Shown: positions 18,862-28,216 of the stretch, one piece after another
Numbering within the stretch: the first letter of the stretch is position 1
Layout: each line of letters starts with the position of its first letter
Assembly (NCBI GenBank): GCA_964386385.1
Contig: CAYLRN010000004.1
Location: 50,054 to 114,053 of the forward strand
Source of the DNA: an uncultured Lentisphaeraceae bacterium
GTDB lineage: Bacteria; Verrucomicrobiota; Kiritimatiellia; RFP12; UBA1067
DNA length: 64,000 bases
Direction of reading: 5' to 3'
Translations under genes and position numbers: made by a program
The notes under the pieces: model-generated
Database searches by the model: none
Told to the model about the DNA's origin: nothing
What the model saw: the letters and a program-made list of their open reading frames with translations, nothing else

Positions 18862-18927
18862 CTATCAGTTCCTTTCGTTCCATGCGATGCGGGACGCCGA
18901 AGGCCCGGCGTCCGTCACGCGGGAAGC

Positions 18928-18936
18928 ATTATAGCA
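18928..18936 (-). promoter_or_regulatory. extended -10 box TGCTATAAT
   Basis: Plus-strand attatagca, upstream of the DUF1080 gene (ATG 18861). Confidence 0.4.
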
Positions 18937-18974
18937 GAAAATCCCATCCGCGTCCTCCATGCGCTCTCCGCAGA

Positions 18975-19016
18975 GGAAAAAACGCAAAGAGGCCGCGGCG
19001 CAGACGCCGCGGCCTC
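18975..19016 (-). terminator. rho-independent terminator of rpsU
   Basis: Perfect 12-bp stem gaggccgcggcg / cgccgcggcctc with loop caga. Followed on the minus strand by TTTGCGTTTTTT. Confidence 0.65.
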
Positions 19017-19047
19017 CTCATGCTAAGGCATGCTGGCCTTTTCGGAA

Positions 19048-19248
19048 TCAGAATTCCTGCGAACGACGACGGGAGCGATTCCGAATGCGCGCACGGGCGG
19101 ATTTCTTCCGCGCCTTGACGCACGGCTTCTCGAAGTACCGCTGATCGCGAAGCGTCTTGATGATGCCCTCCTTGTCGAGGATCTTCTTCAGACGCTTCAA
19201 GCCGCGTTCGACGGACTCGTTTTTCTTCAGCTTGAGCTGGATCGACAT
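19048..19248 (-). CDS. rpsU: 30S ribosomal protein S21
   Basis: The last 66 codons of track ORF 19048..20625 read MSIQLKLKKNESVERGLKRLKKILDKEGIIKTLRDQRYFEKPCVKARKK... ATG at 19248. Confidence 0.9.
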   Translation of the reverse strand: MSIQLKLKKNESVERGLKRLKKILDKEGIIKTLRDQRYFEKPCVKARKKSARARIRNRSRRRSQEF

Positions 19249-19349
19249 GCCTTTTTCACCTGCCTTTCGTTTTCCGGCTCTTGGGACGCCGGTAGATTTG
19301 GCGGACAGTATACCATTTGGCGCCGCCGAAATCAAGTCCCGACGCCGGG

Positions 19350-20873
19350 CTACTTTTTCTCGAGGACCAGGCAGCGGTTGCCCGTGCCGAACGCGTCCAC
19401 GTAGGCCTGCGTGGCGGGGCCGTACGTCTCGCGCCTGGCCGTCGTCTCGGAGATCGTGCCGAACTGGTCGCCGGCGCGGCCGATGAACAGGTTGTCCGTC
19501 ATGGTGGGCATGGAGGACGAGCCGTCCTCGTTCTTCAGCCCGCTGCAGATCTGGACGAGCATGTCGCCCGATTCGCAGAAGACGTTTTCGCGCACGACGT
19601 AGTTCTTCGCGCGGTTGCGGTCGCCGTGGTACCACGCCTTGATGTGGGCGCCCTCGTTCCGGTCGGGCCTCTGCTCGCAGAATCCGCGCCCGGCGTCGAT
19701 CATGACGTTGCGGTCGAAGAGCAGGTTCTCCATGCGGCTGGGGTTGCCGTTCTTCGCCGTGAGGAAGTACTCGATCGAGTAGTTGCACTTCTCGAACACG
19801 TTGTCCACGTAGCGGACGTTCTTCTCGTCGCAGCGCTCCATGCCCTTCGATTCGGGGATGTTGAACTGGTGCGTGACGCCCGCGTCGTAGATCTGGGAGA
19901 AGCAGCAGTTGGTGACGACATATCCGTCGCAGGCGCCGTAGATCTCGACGGCGTTCCCCAGGCGCGTCGGGTAGTCGCGTCCGAAGATCCCCTCGGCCTG
20001 GATAGATCCGCCGATCCACGCGAACTCGCAGTTGGAGACCTTGAGGTTGCGGCACGTGCCGGCGCCGACGCCGTGGACGCCGACGTACTTGACGGTGAAG
20101 TTGTCGATCGCCACGTCGCAGGCGCCGCCCACGCCGAAGCCGTGGCACTTGACGTTGAACTCGATCGACTTGAAGCGCGAGCCGGGGTTCGTCTCGCTGT
20201 AGAGGTAGACCTTGCCGGTGCCGCCCTTGTAGTAGTCGTGCCAGAAGTGGAGGTCCGTGTCGAGGTCGCGGTAGGAGTTGAACGGACGGCCGGTGAACTT
20301 GTTGAACTTCTTTCCGGTCTTCCTGTCGGTGCGGATGACGATCTTGACGGCGCACGCGGCGCCGTCGTCGAAGACGAGCGTTCCCACGTCGCGCGTGTCC
20401 ATCTGGTAGGCCCAGACGCGCGGATTGTCGGTCTGCACCCACTTGGACGGGTCGGCGCCGTTCGCGGGCGAGCCGTATACGCAGGGCTTGGGGCCCTTCC
20501 CGTACGCGGTGTACGTAACGCCGCTCCTGACGGGGACGGTACCGCGGTAGACGCCGCCGCGCTCGAAGAGGACGACGGAGCCGGGGGCGAGCGTTTCGCG
20601 GCCGAGGCGCGCGGAGGTCTTCCACGCCGTCTGCGGCGTCCGCCCGTCGGCAGCGTCGTCACCGGACTTTTCGGAGAGGTAGTACTTCGGCGCGTCCGCG
20701 GGGACGTCGCCGTTCGGCGTTGCGCGGATCTCGGCGATTCGCCTGTCCGCCCACGCGCGCACGACCGCGCGCGGGTTGTCCGAGCGCGCGACCTGTTCGA
20801 TTCCGCATTCCGGCACGCAGCCGGCGCCGAAAGCCGCCCCAAGGGCCAGCAGAAGAGTCTGTTTCATGTTCAT
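19350..20873 (-). CDS. secreted right-handed beta-helix (pectate-lyase-fold) protein
   Basis: 507 aa. Signal/lipobox MNMKQTLLLALGAAFGAGC. Repeated ..N..V.N..F.. beta-helix turns. Confidence 0.7.
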   Translation of the reverse strand: MNMKQTLLLALGAAFGAGCVPECGIEQVARSDNPRAVVRAWADRRIAEIRATPNGDVPADAPKYYLSEKSGDDAADGRTPQTAWKTSARLGRETLAPGSVVLFERGGVYRGTVPVRSGVTYTAYGKGPKPCVYGSPANGADPSKWVQTDNPRVWAYQMDTRDVGTLVFDDGAACAVKIVIRTDRKTGKKFNKFTGRPFNSYRDLDTDLHFWHDYYKGGTGKVYLYSETNPGSRFKSIEFNVKCHGFGVGGACDVAIDNFTVKYVGVHGVGAGTCRNLKVSNCEFAWIGGSIQAEGIFGRDYPTRLGNAVEIYGACDGYVVTNCCFSQIYDAGVTHQFNIPESKGMERCDEKNVRYVDNVFEKCNYSIEYFLTAKNGNPSRMENLLFDRNVMIDAGRGFCEQRPDRNEGAHIKAWYHGDRNRAKNYVVRENVFCESGDMLVQICSGLKNEDGSSSMPTMTDNLFIGRAGDQFGTISETTARRETYGPATQAYVDAFGTGNRCLVLEKK

Positions 20874-20879
20874 GCGCCG

Positions 20880-20888
20880 ATTATAGCA
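20880..20888 (-). promoter_or_regulatory. extended -10 TGCTATAAT, 6 nt from the ATG (leaderless candidate)
   Basis: Minus strand reads TGCTATAAT-cggcgc-ATG(20873). Confidence 0.45.
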
Positions 20889-20961
20889 AAAAACGCGGAC
20901 GTTCGCCTATTCGCAGCCGTGCCACTTGCCTATGCGCGGCGGTTGTGCGATAATTGTCCGC

Positions 20962-21756
20962 ATGGCAACCAACCGACACAGAGGTCCCCGGGAGATCCTT
21001 TCCGGCGGAGAATGGATATACGGGCGCAAGCCCGTTCTTGAAGTGCTGCAGGCGGAGAGGCGCAAGATCCGCGAGATGATCCTGCCGCCGCCCGAAAAGG
21101 GCGAGGCGGACGAGATCGCCTGGTTCAGGAAGGTCGCGCGCGAAATGGGCGTCGTCGTCCATTCCGAAGACCGGAAGCGCCTGGACGCGCTTGCGCGCGG
21201 CGGAAACCACCAGGGCGTCGCGGCGAAGGCGGACTCCTATCCGTACGTTCCCTTCGAGGAGATAGTGGAGGAGGTGGAGGCGGACGAGAACGCGCTTGTC
21301 GTGGTGCTGGACCATCTCGAGGACCCGCAGAACGTCGGCTCGATCCTCCGCAGCGCCTGCGCCGCCGGCGCGACGGGCGTCGTCATCCCGGAGGACCGCG
21401 GCGCGGGCGTCACCCCCGCCGTCGTGCGCGCGTCGGCCGGCGCGAGCGAGTACCTGAAGGTGGCGCGCGTCGTCAACGTCGTGCGCGCGATGAAGCGCCT
21501 CCAGGAGTCCGGCACGTGGTTCACGGGGCTTGACTGGGGCAAGGACGCGCGGGCTTACACGGACGTCGACTTCAAGGGCCGCACGGGGCTTGTCGTCGGC
21601 GCGGAGGGCGCCGGGGTGTCGCGCCTCGTCCGCGAGACGTGCGACTTCGTCGCAGTGCTGCCGATGGTCGGACGGATCGAATCGCTCAACGCCGGCGTCG
21701 CCGCCGCGATCTGCCTCTACGAAGTCCTGCGCCAGCGCGGCGTGAAGGGCAAGTGA
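20962..21756 (+). CDS. rlmB: 23S rRNA (guanosine-2'-O)-methyltransferase RlmB (SpoU/TrmH family)
   Basis: ATG 20962 (MATNRHRGPREI...GRKPVLEVL). SpoU motifs LDHLEDPQNVGSILRSA, GAEGAGVS and ESLNAGVAAAICLYE. Confidence 0.85.
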   Translation: MATNRHRGPREILSGGEWIYGRKPVLEVLQAERRKIREMILPPPEKGEADEIAWFRKVAREMGVVVHSEDRKRLDALARGGNHQGVAAKADSYPYVPFEEIVEEVEADENALVVVLDHLEDPQNVGSILRSACAAGATGVVIPEDRGAGVTPAVVRASAGASEYLKVARVVNVVRAMKRLQESGTWFTGLDWGKDARAYTDVDFKGRTGLVVGAEGAGVSRLVRETCDFVAVLPMVGRIESLNAGVAAAICLYEVLRQRGVKGK

Positions 21757-21782
21757 ACGCACACGACAAGGAGAACGAGAAA

Positions 21783-22541
21783 ATGAGAAAAATCGCAGCA
21801 GTCGCCGTCGCCGCGCTTGCGCTCTGCGGCGCCGCCGCGGACGACGACTTCCAGGCAAACCCCGTCCCGGCCATCGGGCAGAACGCGAAGGACAGCAAGG
21901 CGTTCGACCCGGCGAAGAAGGGGCCGCGCGTGCTCTTCGTCGGCAACTCGATCACCCTGCACGGGCCGCGCCCGTCGATCGGATGGACGAACAACTGGGG
22001 CATGGCGGCGAGCGCGCGCGACCTGGACTACGTGCACCGCCTCCAGAGGAAGATCGCGGCGGCAAGCCCAGACGCGCAGTGCTGTCTCCTCCAGGTGGCC
22101 GGCACGTTCGAGCGCTCCTTCTTCAAGCCCGGCTGGTCGTGCGAGGCGAACTTCAAGTGGGCGCGCGAGTTCCGTCCGGACGTCGTCGTGATGTTCTTCG
22201 GCGCGAACGTCCCGCGCGAATACGACGCGGGGACGATGTCCCCCGCGCCCGCCCGCTCGTTCGGCGACGCGCTTGAATCGTTCCGCGTGTACCTGGACCC
22301 GGACGGCAAGGCGCGCTTTCTCGTCTCGCAGGGCTTCTACGTCCGCCCGAAACTCGACGCGGAGAAGGAGGCCGTCGCGAAGAGGCACGGCGACGTCTTC
22401 GTGGACATGACGGACGTCCGCGCCCGCAAGGACGCGCACGGACGCTACAACCACCCCGGCGACCTCGGCATGGAGCTGATCGCAGAGCGCTTCTGGCACC
22501 ACGTCGAGCCGCTCGTCCGCGATTTCAGGCCGCGCCAATGA
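21783..22541 (+). CDS. SGNH/GDSL-type hydrolase, secreted
   Basis: ATG 21783 (MRKIAAVAVAALALCGAAA). VLFVGNSITLHG block. The upstream ORF extension overlaps rlmB. Confidence 0.65.
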   Translation: MRKIAAVAVAALALCGAAADDDFQANPVPAIGQNAKDSKAFDPAKKGPRVLFVGNSITLHGPRPSIGWTNNWGMAASARDLDYVHRLQRKIAAASPDAQCCLLQVAGTFERSFFKPGWSCEANFKWAREFRPDVVVMFFGANVPREYDAGTMSPAPARSFGDALESFRVYLDPDGKARFLVSQGFYVRPKLDAEKEAVAKRHGDVFVDMTDVRARKDAHGRYNHPGDLGMELIAERFWHHVEPLVRDFRPRQ

Positions 22542-23206
22542 CAGTCGCCGACGTGCCGGCGGTGGACAGGATCCTCCGAAGGGAGTTCCTGGCGCACGAC
22601 TCGCCGATAATCGAGCTCATCGAGGCGCAGACGCGCGACCCGTTCTGCGTCCTAGTAGGCACAATCCTCTCCGCCCGCACGAAGGACGCCTGCACCGCCG
22701 GCGCGGTACGCCGCCTCTTCGCCGCCATGGGCGGCAGGGCGACGCCGGACGCGCTGGAGCGCATTCCACTTCCAGACCTCGAATCGCTCATCTATCCCGT
22801 CGGCTTCTACCGCGACAAGGCGCGCCACCTCCACGCCCTCCCGGGCGTCCTGCGCGAGAGGTTCAACGGCGTCCTCCCGAAGACGGTGGAGGAACTGTGC
22901 GAACTGCCGGGCGTCGGGCGCAAGACCGCGAACCTCACCGTCACCGTCGGATTCGGCCTCCCCGCGATATGCGTCGACGTCCACGTCCACCGCATAATGA
23001 ACCGCATGGGGCTGATCCGGACGAAGACGCCGCTCGAAACGGAAATGGCGCTCCGCTCGATCCTTCCCGTCCGCCACTGGAAGACCTGGAACTCGCATTT
23101 CGTCTCGTTCGGACAGACCAGGTGCTTCCCGCGCAATCCCAACTGCGCCGGCTGCCCCGTCGCGAAGTGCTGTGACTCCGCAGGGAAGGACGCCGGCGCC
23201 AAATAG
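22538..23206 (+). CDS. nth: endonuclease III-family DNA glycosylase
   Basis: HhH-GPD LPGVGRKTANL. Fe-S cluster C-X6-C-X2-C-X5-C (CFPRNPNCAGCPVAKCC). Confidence 0.85.
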   Translation: MTVADVPAVDRILRREFLAHDSPIIELIEAQTRDPFCVLVGTILSARTKDACTAGAVRRLFAAMGGRATPDALERIPLPDLESLIYPVGFYRDKARHLHALPGVLRERFNGVLPKTVEELCELPGVGRKTANLTVTVGFGLPAICVDVHVHRIMNRMGLIRTKTPLETEMALRSILPVRHWKTWNSHFVSFGQTRCFPRNPNCAGCPVAKCCDSAGKDAGAK

Positions 23207-23215
23207 CAGGAGACC

Positions 23216-23956
23216 ATGACCATGGACAAGCTCATAGACGCAATCATGAACGCCAGGCACGTCGCCGCCCTGACAGGGGCCGGCGTGAGCACTCTCTGCG
23301 GCATCCCCGACTTCCGCGGCCCGCAGGGCCTCTACGGCAAGCCCGGCGCCGAAAGGATGTTCGACGTCGACTTCTTCGACCGCGACCCCTCGCTCTACTA
23401 CGGGGGATGCCGCGAACTTGTCTACGGCCTTGAGAGATTCAGGCCAGGCCCCGTCCACTTCGCGCTCAAACACCTGGAGGAACTGGGACGCCTCGACGGA
23501 ATCTCCACGCAGAACATCGACATGCTCCACCAGAAGGCCGGCTCGTCCCGCGTCCACGAAATCCACGGCTCGCCGCGCTTCCACCACTGCCGCTTCTGCG
23601 GCGCGGAGAAGACGTTCGAGGAAATATGCGAGGCGATCAGGGCGGCCGGCGACGCCCCCGGATTCGTACCGCGATGCAGATGCGGCGGGCCGTTCAAGCC
23701 GGACATCACGTTCTTCGGCGAATCCCTGCCGGAGGGCGCGTACATGAGGAGCGTCGAACTCATGGCCGGGGCGGACGTCCTGCTCGTCCTGGGGACTTCG
23801 CTCACTGTCTATCCTGCAAACACGCTTCCGGACCACACCCTGAAGGCCGGCGGAAAGGTCTTCATCGTCAACGCGCAGCCGACAGGGCTGGATTCCAGCG
23901 CGGCCGGAAGGTGGCCGGACCTGGCGGAGTTCGCCGAAAGGGTCCTGGCGCTATGA
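23216..23956 (+). CDS. cobB: NAD-dependent protein deacylase (Sir2 family)
   Basis: GAGVSTLCGIPDFRGPQGLY, QNIDMLH, HGS, Zn-ribbon C..C...C.C, VLGTSLTV. Confidence 0.85.
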   Translation: MTMDKLIDAIMNARHVAALTGAGVSTLCGIPDFRGPQGLYGKPGAERMFDVDFFDRDPSLYYGGCRELVYGLERFRPGPVHFALKHLEELGRLDGISTQNIDMLHQKAGSSRVHEIHGSPRFHHCRFCGAEKTFEEICEAIRAAGDAPGFVPRCRCGGPFKPDITFFGESLPEGAYMRSVELMAGADVLLVLGTSLTVYPANTLPDHTLKAGGKVFIVNAQPTGLDSSAAGRWPDLAEFAERVLAL

Positions 23957-26055
23957 GAGCGCACTGCCTCATTGCGGCGGCGGCCATTGTTTCAACCTCC
24001 GCCTTCGCCGAACGGATCGTGTGGCTTGAGGACGTCGACCGCTCCGCCATGTCGTGCGGCTACGGGCGTCCGCTCGTCGGGCGTTCGGTGGACGGCGGGC
24101 TTCTGCAGCTCGGTGGCAGGACGTACGAGCGCGGGCTCGGAGTCCACGCCTACAGCGCCCTTGAAGTGCCGGTCGGCGGAAACGCCCTGCGCTTCGAGGC
24201 GGACGTCGGAATCGACGACGAGATGAAGGACCGTCGAAAGGCGTCGGTCGTCTTCAACGTGTGGACGGACGGACGCCTCGCCGAATCCTCCGGCGTCCTG
24301 AAGCGCAGAAAGCGCACCCACCACTTCAACGTGGACCTCACCGACGTCCGGGTCGTGATGCTGGAGGTGACGGACGCTGGCGACGGAAACGACAGCGACC
24401 ACGCCGACTGGGCGAACGCCTTCTTCGCGTTCAAGGACGGGACCGGCCTCGCAAGCGCCGCCGACGTCACGGAGCAGCTCGGCATTCTCACTCCGCCCGT
24501 CCCGTCCGCCCCGCGGATCAACGGACCCGCCGTCGTCGGCGTCCGCCCCGGCAGCCCGATCCTCTACCGCGTCCCCGTCAGCGGCGCGCGTCCGATGAAG
24601 ATCGACGTCGCCGGCATCCCGCCAGGCGCCTACTACGACGCGAAAAGGCAGAGCGTCAACGGCGCCGTCGCGACGCCCGGCGAACACGCCCTCCGCATCG
24701 TCGCGGAAAACGCGCACGGCAGGGCGGAGCGCACCGTCCGCCTCGTCGTGGGCGAGAAGATCGCCCTCACGCCGCCGATGGGCTGGAGCAGCTGGAACGC
24801 ATTCGCGGGCGCCGTGACGGCGAAGAAGGTCAAGGCCGCCGCGGACGCGATGGTGGCAAGCGGACTTGCGGACCACGGCTGGAGCTACGTGAACGTGGAC
24901 GACTTCTGGCAGAACAGACCCGGAGAGAAGGAGGACAAGACGCTCATGGGCCCGCCCAGGAACGAGGACGGGACAATCGGCGTCAACGCGCGCTTCCCGT
25001 CCATGCCCGCCCTCGCGGAATACGTCCACGCGCGCGGCCTTCGCGTCGGCCTCTACTCCTCGCCAGGCCCCACCACCTGCGGCGGATGCACCGGCAGCTG
25101 GATGCACGAGCTCCTCGACGCGCGGACGTACGCGGAATGGGGCTTCGACTTCCTGAAATACGACTGGTGCAGCTACGGAAGCGTCGCACAGGGCGTCGGC
25201 CTTGAGCGCGCCCGCCTCCCGTACCTCCTGATGGGCAGCGCGCTTCGGACCCAGAACCGCGACATCGTCTTCTCCCTCTGCCAGTACGGCAGCGAGAACG
25301 TCCCGTCGTGGGGGGCGACCGCCGGCGGACAGTGCTGGCGCACGACCGGCGACGTCTTCGACAACTGGGGCAGCGTCTACGGCAGCGTCAGGGCGCAGGC
25401 GAACCTCTGGCACTGGTCCGGCCCCGGCTCCTGGAACGACCCCGACATGCTCTGCGTCGGAAAGATGGCGTGGAACAAGTACGCAGGCTCCCGCCTCACG
25501 CCGAACGAGCAGTACACGCAGATATCGATGTGGTGCCTCATGGCCGCGCCGCTGACAATCGGATGCGACCTTGAAAAAATGGACGACTTCACGCTCTCCC
25601 TTCTCGTGAACGACGAAATCCTCGCCATCGACCAGGATCCGCTCGGAGCGGGGGCGGCGAAAGTCGCGGCGGACGGCGTAGGGGAGGTCTGGGCGCGTCC
25701 GCTTGCCGACGGCTCCGTCGCGGTCGGCCTCCTCAACGCCGGCCTCGTGCCGATGGAAATCGGATTCGACCTCGAAAAGGCCGGGCTTCTCGGCACGTGG
25801 AAGGTGCGCGACGTCTGGCGGCAGAAGGACGAGCCGCAGGTCACGGGTCTCTACGCGAAGAACGTGTTCGGACACGCCACGCACGTCGTGCGCCTGTCGC
25901 CGGACGCCGACGGCCGTCTGCGGGACGACATCCGCGACGTGCGCGACAACGCCTGGCGGCGGATTCTCGAACGCCGGCGCCCCGTCGACCCGGCCGCGGC
26001 GAAAAAGGCCGCCGCCGACTGTCCGCAATGCCTTGAAAAACGCGGCCGGAAATGA
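23953..26055 (+). CDS. alpha-galactosidase, NPCBM module + GH27 catalytic domain
   Basis: ATG 23953 with signal MRAHCLIAAAAIVSTSAFA. NPCBM-like N-terminus. GH27 motifs PPMGWSSWNAF and FLKYDWC. Confidence 0.85.
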   Translation: MRAHCLIAAAAIVSTSAFAERIVWLEDVDRSAMSCGYGRPLVGRSVDGGLLQLGGRTYERGLGVHAYSALEVPVGGNALRFEADVGIDDEMKDRRKASVVFNVWTDGRLAESSGVLKRRKRTHHFNVDLTDVRVVMLEVTDAGDGNDSDHADWANAFFAFKDGTGLASAADVTEQLGILTPPVPSAPRINGPAVVGVRPGSPILYRVPVSGARPMKIDVAGIPPGAYYDAKRQSVNGAVATPGEHALRIVAENAHGRAERTVRLVVGEKIALTPPMGWSSWNAFAGAVTAKKVKAAADAMVASGLADHGWSYVNVDDFWQNRPGEKEDKTLMGPPRNEDGTIGVNARFPSMPALAEYVHARGLRVGLYSSPGPTTCGGCTGSWMHELLDARTYAEWGFDFLKYDWCSYGSVAQGVGLERARLPYLLMGSALRTQNRDIVFSLCQYGSENVPSWGATAGGQCWRTTGDVFDNWGSVYGSVRAQANLWHWSGPGSWNDPDMLCVGKMAWNKYAGSRLTPNEQYTQISMWCLMAAPLTIGCDLEKMDDFTLSLLVNDEILAIDQDPLGAGAAKVAADGVGEVWARPLADGSVAVGLLNAGLVPMEIGFDLEKAGLLGTWKVRDVWRQKDEPQVTGLYAKNVFGHATHVVRLSPDADGRLRDDIRDVRDNAWRRILERRRPVDPAAAKKAAADCPQCLEKRGRK

Positions 26056-26084
26056 ACCGGCAGATTTGAAAGGACTTCGACAAG

Positions 26085-27188
26085 ATGACGCCCGCATGGT
26101 CAGTACATCCCGACGAATGGAAACCGCTCCTGAAGGAACGCGGACTCCGCCCCTTCCGCGCAGACCAGATACTCCAGTGCCTCTACCGCGACTACATCAT
26201 GGACTGGGACGACGCAACCACCCTTCCAAAGGACCTGCGCGAAACGCTCAAGACGGAGTTCCCGCTTCGTCCGCCGAAGGTCGCGGCGGAGGACAGGGCG
26301 GAGGACGGGACTGCGAAGCTGCTGCTTGAGATGGCGGACGGGCAGTCCGTCGAGACGGTCGTCATCCCCGCGCAGGGACGCCTTACGCAGTGCATATCGA
26401 CCCAGGTCGGATGCGCCATGGGATGCGCGTTCTGCGCAAGCGGCAGCCGCGGCCTCGTGCGCTCGCTTACGGCGGACGAGATCGTGGGCGAAGTCCTCTG
26501 CGCGCAGTCCCTCTACGCGACGCCGGAGAACAGGCGGCAGGGATCCGGCCTCTGCCTGACGAACCTCGTCGTGATGGGGATGGGCGAGCCGTTCATGAAC
26601 TACGACGAGACGATGAGGGCGCTGCGCATCATCAACGCCGGACGCGGCCCGAACCTCGGAGCCCGGCACATAACGCTTTCCACGTGCGGCGTCGTGCCGG
26701 GATTCGGGAAACTCGCCGCCGAAGGGCTGCAGTTCGAGTTGTCTGTGTCGCTCCATGCGCCGAACGACGAACTGCGCTCCCACCTCATGCCGGTCAACAG
26801 ACGCTGGCCGGTAGACGAACTTATAGAGACGTGCCGCAGCTACACGCTTTCGACGGGGCGGGTGATAACGTTCGAGTACACGCTCGTGAAGGGTCTCAAC
26901 GATTCGCGCGCGTGCGCGGAGGAACTTGTGCGCCTTCTGAAGCGCCTTCCGTCGTGCAAGGTCAACCTGATCCCACTTTCGCCGGTCGACCACCGCCCGG
27001 ACCTCCACACGCCGGAGGAAAGCACGATGATGGCGTTCCTCGACGTGCTGATGAAAGCGCGAATCCAGACGATGCTGCGCCGCAGCCGCGGAAAGGACGT
27101 CGCCGCAGCCTGCGGACAGCTGCGCCTCCGGCACGGGCGCGCAGTCTGCCAGACCCCTTCCTCCGTCGTCGCAGACGGACGGGAATGA
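26085..27188 (+). CDS. rlmN: 23S rRNA/tRNA m2A methyltransferase RlmN (radical SAM)
   Basis: FRADQI, the radical-SAM box CAMGCAFCASG, and MGMGEP. Confidence 0.9.
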   Translation: MTPAWSVHPDEWKPLLKERGLRPFRADQILQCLYRDYIMDWDDATTLPKDLRETLKTEFPLRPPKVAAEDRAEDGTAKLLLEMADGQSVETVVIPAQGRLTQCISTQVGCAMGCAFCASGSRGLVRSLTADEIVGEVLCAQSLYATPENRRQGSGLCLTNLVVMGMGEPFMNYDETMRALRIINAGRGPNLGARHITLSTCGVVPGFGKLAAEGLQFELSVSLHAPNDELRSHLMPVNRRWPVDELIETCRSYTLSTGRVITFEYTLVKGLNDSRACAEELVRLLKRLPSCKVNLIPLSPVDHRPDLHTPEESTMMAFLDVLMKARIQTMLRRSRGKDVAAACGQLRLRHGRAVCQTPSSVVADGRE

Positions 27189-27217
27189 GCCGGTCGACTG
27201 CTAGGCAATGGCCTGAT

Positions 27218-28075
27218 TCACTGCCGGCGGCGGTTTTCCGCGCCAGAATCGCCAACTGGGCGAAGCGCCTTCCTGGGGCTGGGCGAATCGGCGGAGGGCT
27301 CCAGCATGAGCGAGCGGAAGCGCTCGACGTCGGCGGAGCTGAAGCCCAGCGACTTGACGTAGCCCTCCGCCTTTTCCCGCAGCGTTGCGCCTGGATAGGG
27401 CGCGAAGACCTGCATCAGGTCGTCGAAGCGTCCGAAGTCGAATGAATCGTTGCCCCTTGAGCGTTCGCTGAACTCGTAGTCGCGGCGAAGGTCGTCTTCG
27501 CACACGCCAAGCAAGGCCCCGAGCACGACGGCGACGGTTCCGGCGCGATCGCGTCCGCGCTGGCAGTGGAAGAGAATAGGATACGCCGTCTCGTCGAGGA
27601 AGACGCGAAACAATTCCGCGAACGCGGCGCGTCCCCTGCGCGACACGAGGCCGACGTACGCCTGCGACGGGATATGCCGCCACGCGACGGATCCGCCAAG
27701 CGGCGACCCTTCCATCCCCTCGCATTCCCTGTCGTTGCGCAGGTCGACGTCCGTCCTGACGCCGAGGACGTCCACGAGATGGAGCCGCGAACGTTCGGGC
27801 AGAGTCCTGTCGCCCCGATACCAGCGGCGGTAGCTGCGGTTGAGGGCTCCAGAGCGGAAGACGCGCCCCATGCGGACCTTTCGCCCGTCAAGCCCGGTCC
27901 ATCCGCCAATATCGCGCATGTTCTCCACGCCGGGCACGTCGTGCACGACAATGCCGTCGACAACGTACGAACGTGGAGCGGCGGCGTCAGACAGATGAAA
28001 CGCCGCCAGCGCGATCCCGGCGACGGAGACGAGCGCGACGACGGCAATGAGGCATCTTCCAAGACGTTTTTTCAT
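27218..28075 (-). CDS. secreted tyrosine-protein-phosphatase-like protein
   Basis: ATG 28075 (MKKRLGRCLIAVVALVSVAGIALA). CX5R P-loop HCQRGRDRAG. Confidence 0.75.
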   Translation of the reverse strand: MKKRLGRCLIAVVALVSVAGIALAAFHLSDAAAPRSYVVDGIVVHDVPGVENMRDIGGWTGLDGRKVRMGRVFRSGALNRSYRRWYRGDRTLPERSRLHLVDVLGVRTDVDLRNDRECEGMEGSPLGGSVAWRHIPSQAYVGLVSRRGRAAFAELFRVFLDETAYPILFHCQRGRDRAGTVAVVLGALLGVCEDDLRRDYEFSERSRGNDSFDFGRFDDLMQVFAPYPGATLREKAEGYVKSLGFSSADVERFRSLMLEPSADSPSPRKALRPVGDSGAENRRRQ

Positions 28076-28082
28076 GCCGCGC

Positions 28083-28091
28083 ATTATGCCA
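28083..28091 (-). promoter_or_regulatory. extended -10 TGGCATAAT, 7 nt from the ATG (leaderless candidate)
   Basis: Minus strand reads TGGCATAAT-gcgcggc-ATG(28075). Confidence 0.4.
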
Positions 28092-28143
28092 CACGCACAT
28101 GGCGGCAAAGTTGCCCGAACATTGCCGTTTGGCAACATTGAAG

Positions 28144-28158
28144 ATTAAGTGGTTAAGT
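28144..28158 (+). repeat. 15-mer ATTAAGTGGTTAAGT (left island boundary)
   Basis: Exact copy of 1564..1578. The HsdR-like reading frame opens at 28157, inside this motif. Confidence 0.8.
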
Positions 28159-28216
28159 TGGGTCCCATAACGGCGAGACGATATCGTGCGAGCAGCAAGT
28201 ACGCACTCGCGACAAG

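Noticed and set aside
19048-20625. 525-aa ORF on the minus strand
   Set aside because: Only its last 66 codons (rpsU) are real. The rest is an out-of-frame overlap with the beta-helix gene 19350..20873 and is extremely Arg-rich.
23626-23952. Upstream extension of the alpha-galactosidase ORF
   Set aside because: It overlaps cobB out of frame. ATG 23953 gives a proper signal peptide.
23992-26097. 701-aa ORF on the minus strand
   Set aside because: It is antisense to the NPCBM-GH27 alpha-galactosidase gene, which has clear catalytic motifs.
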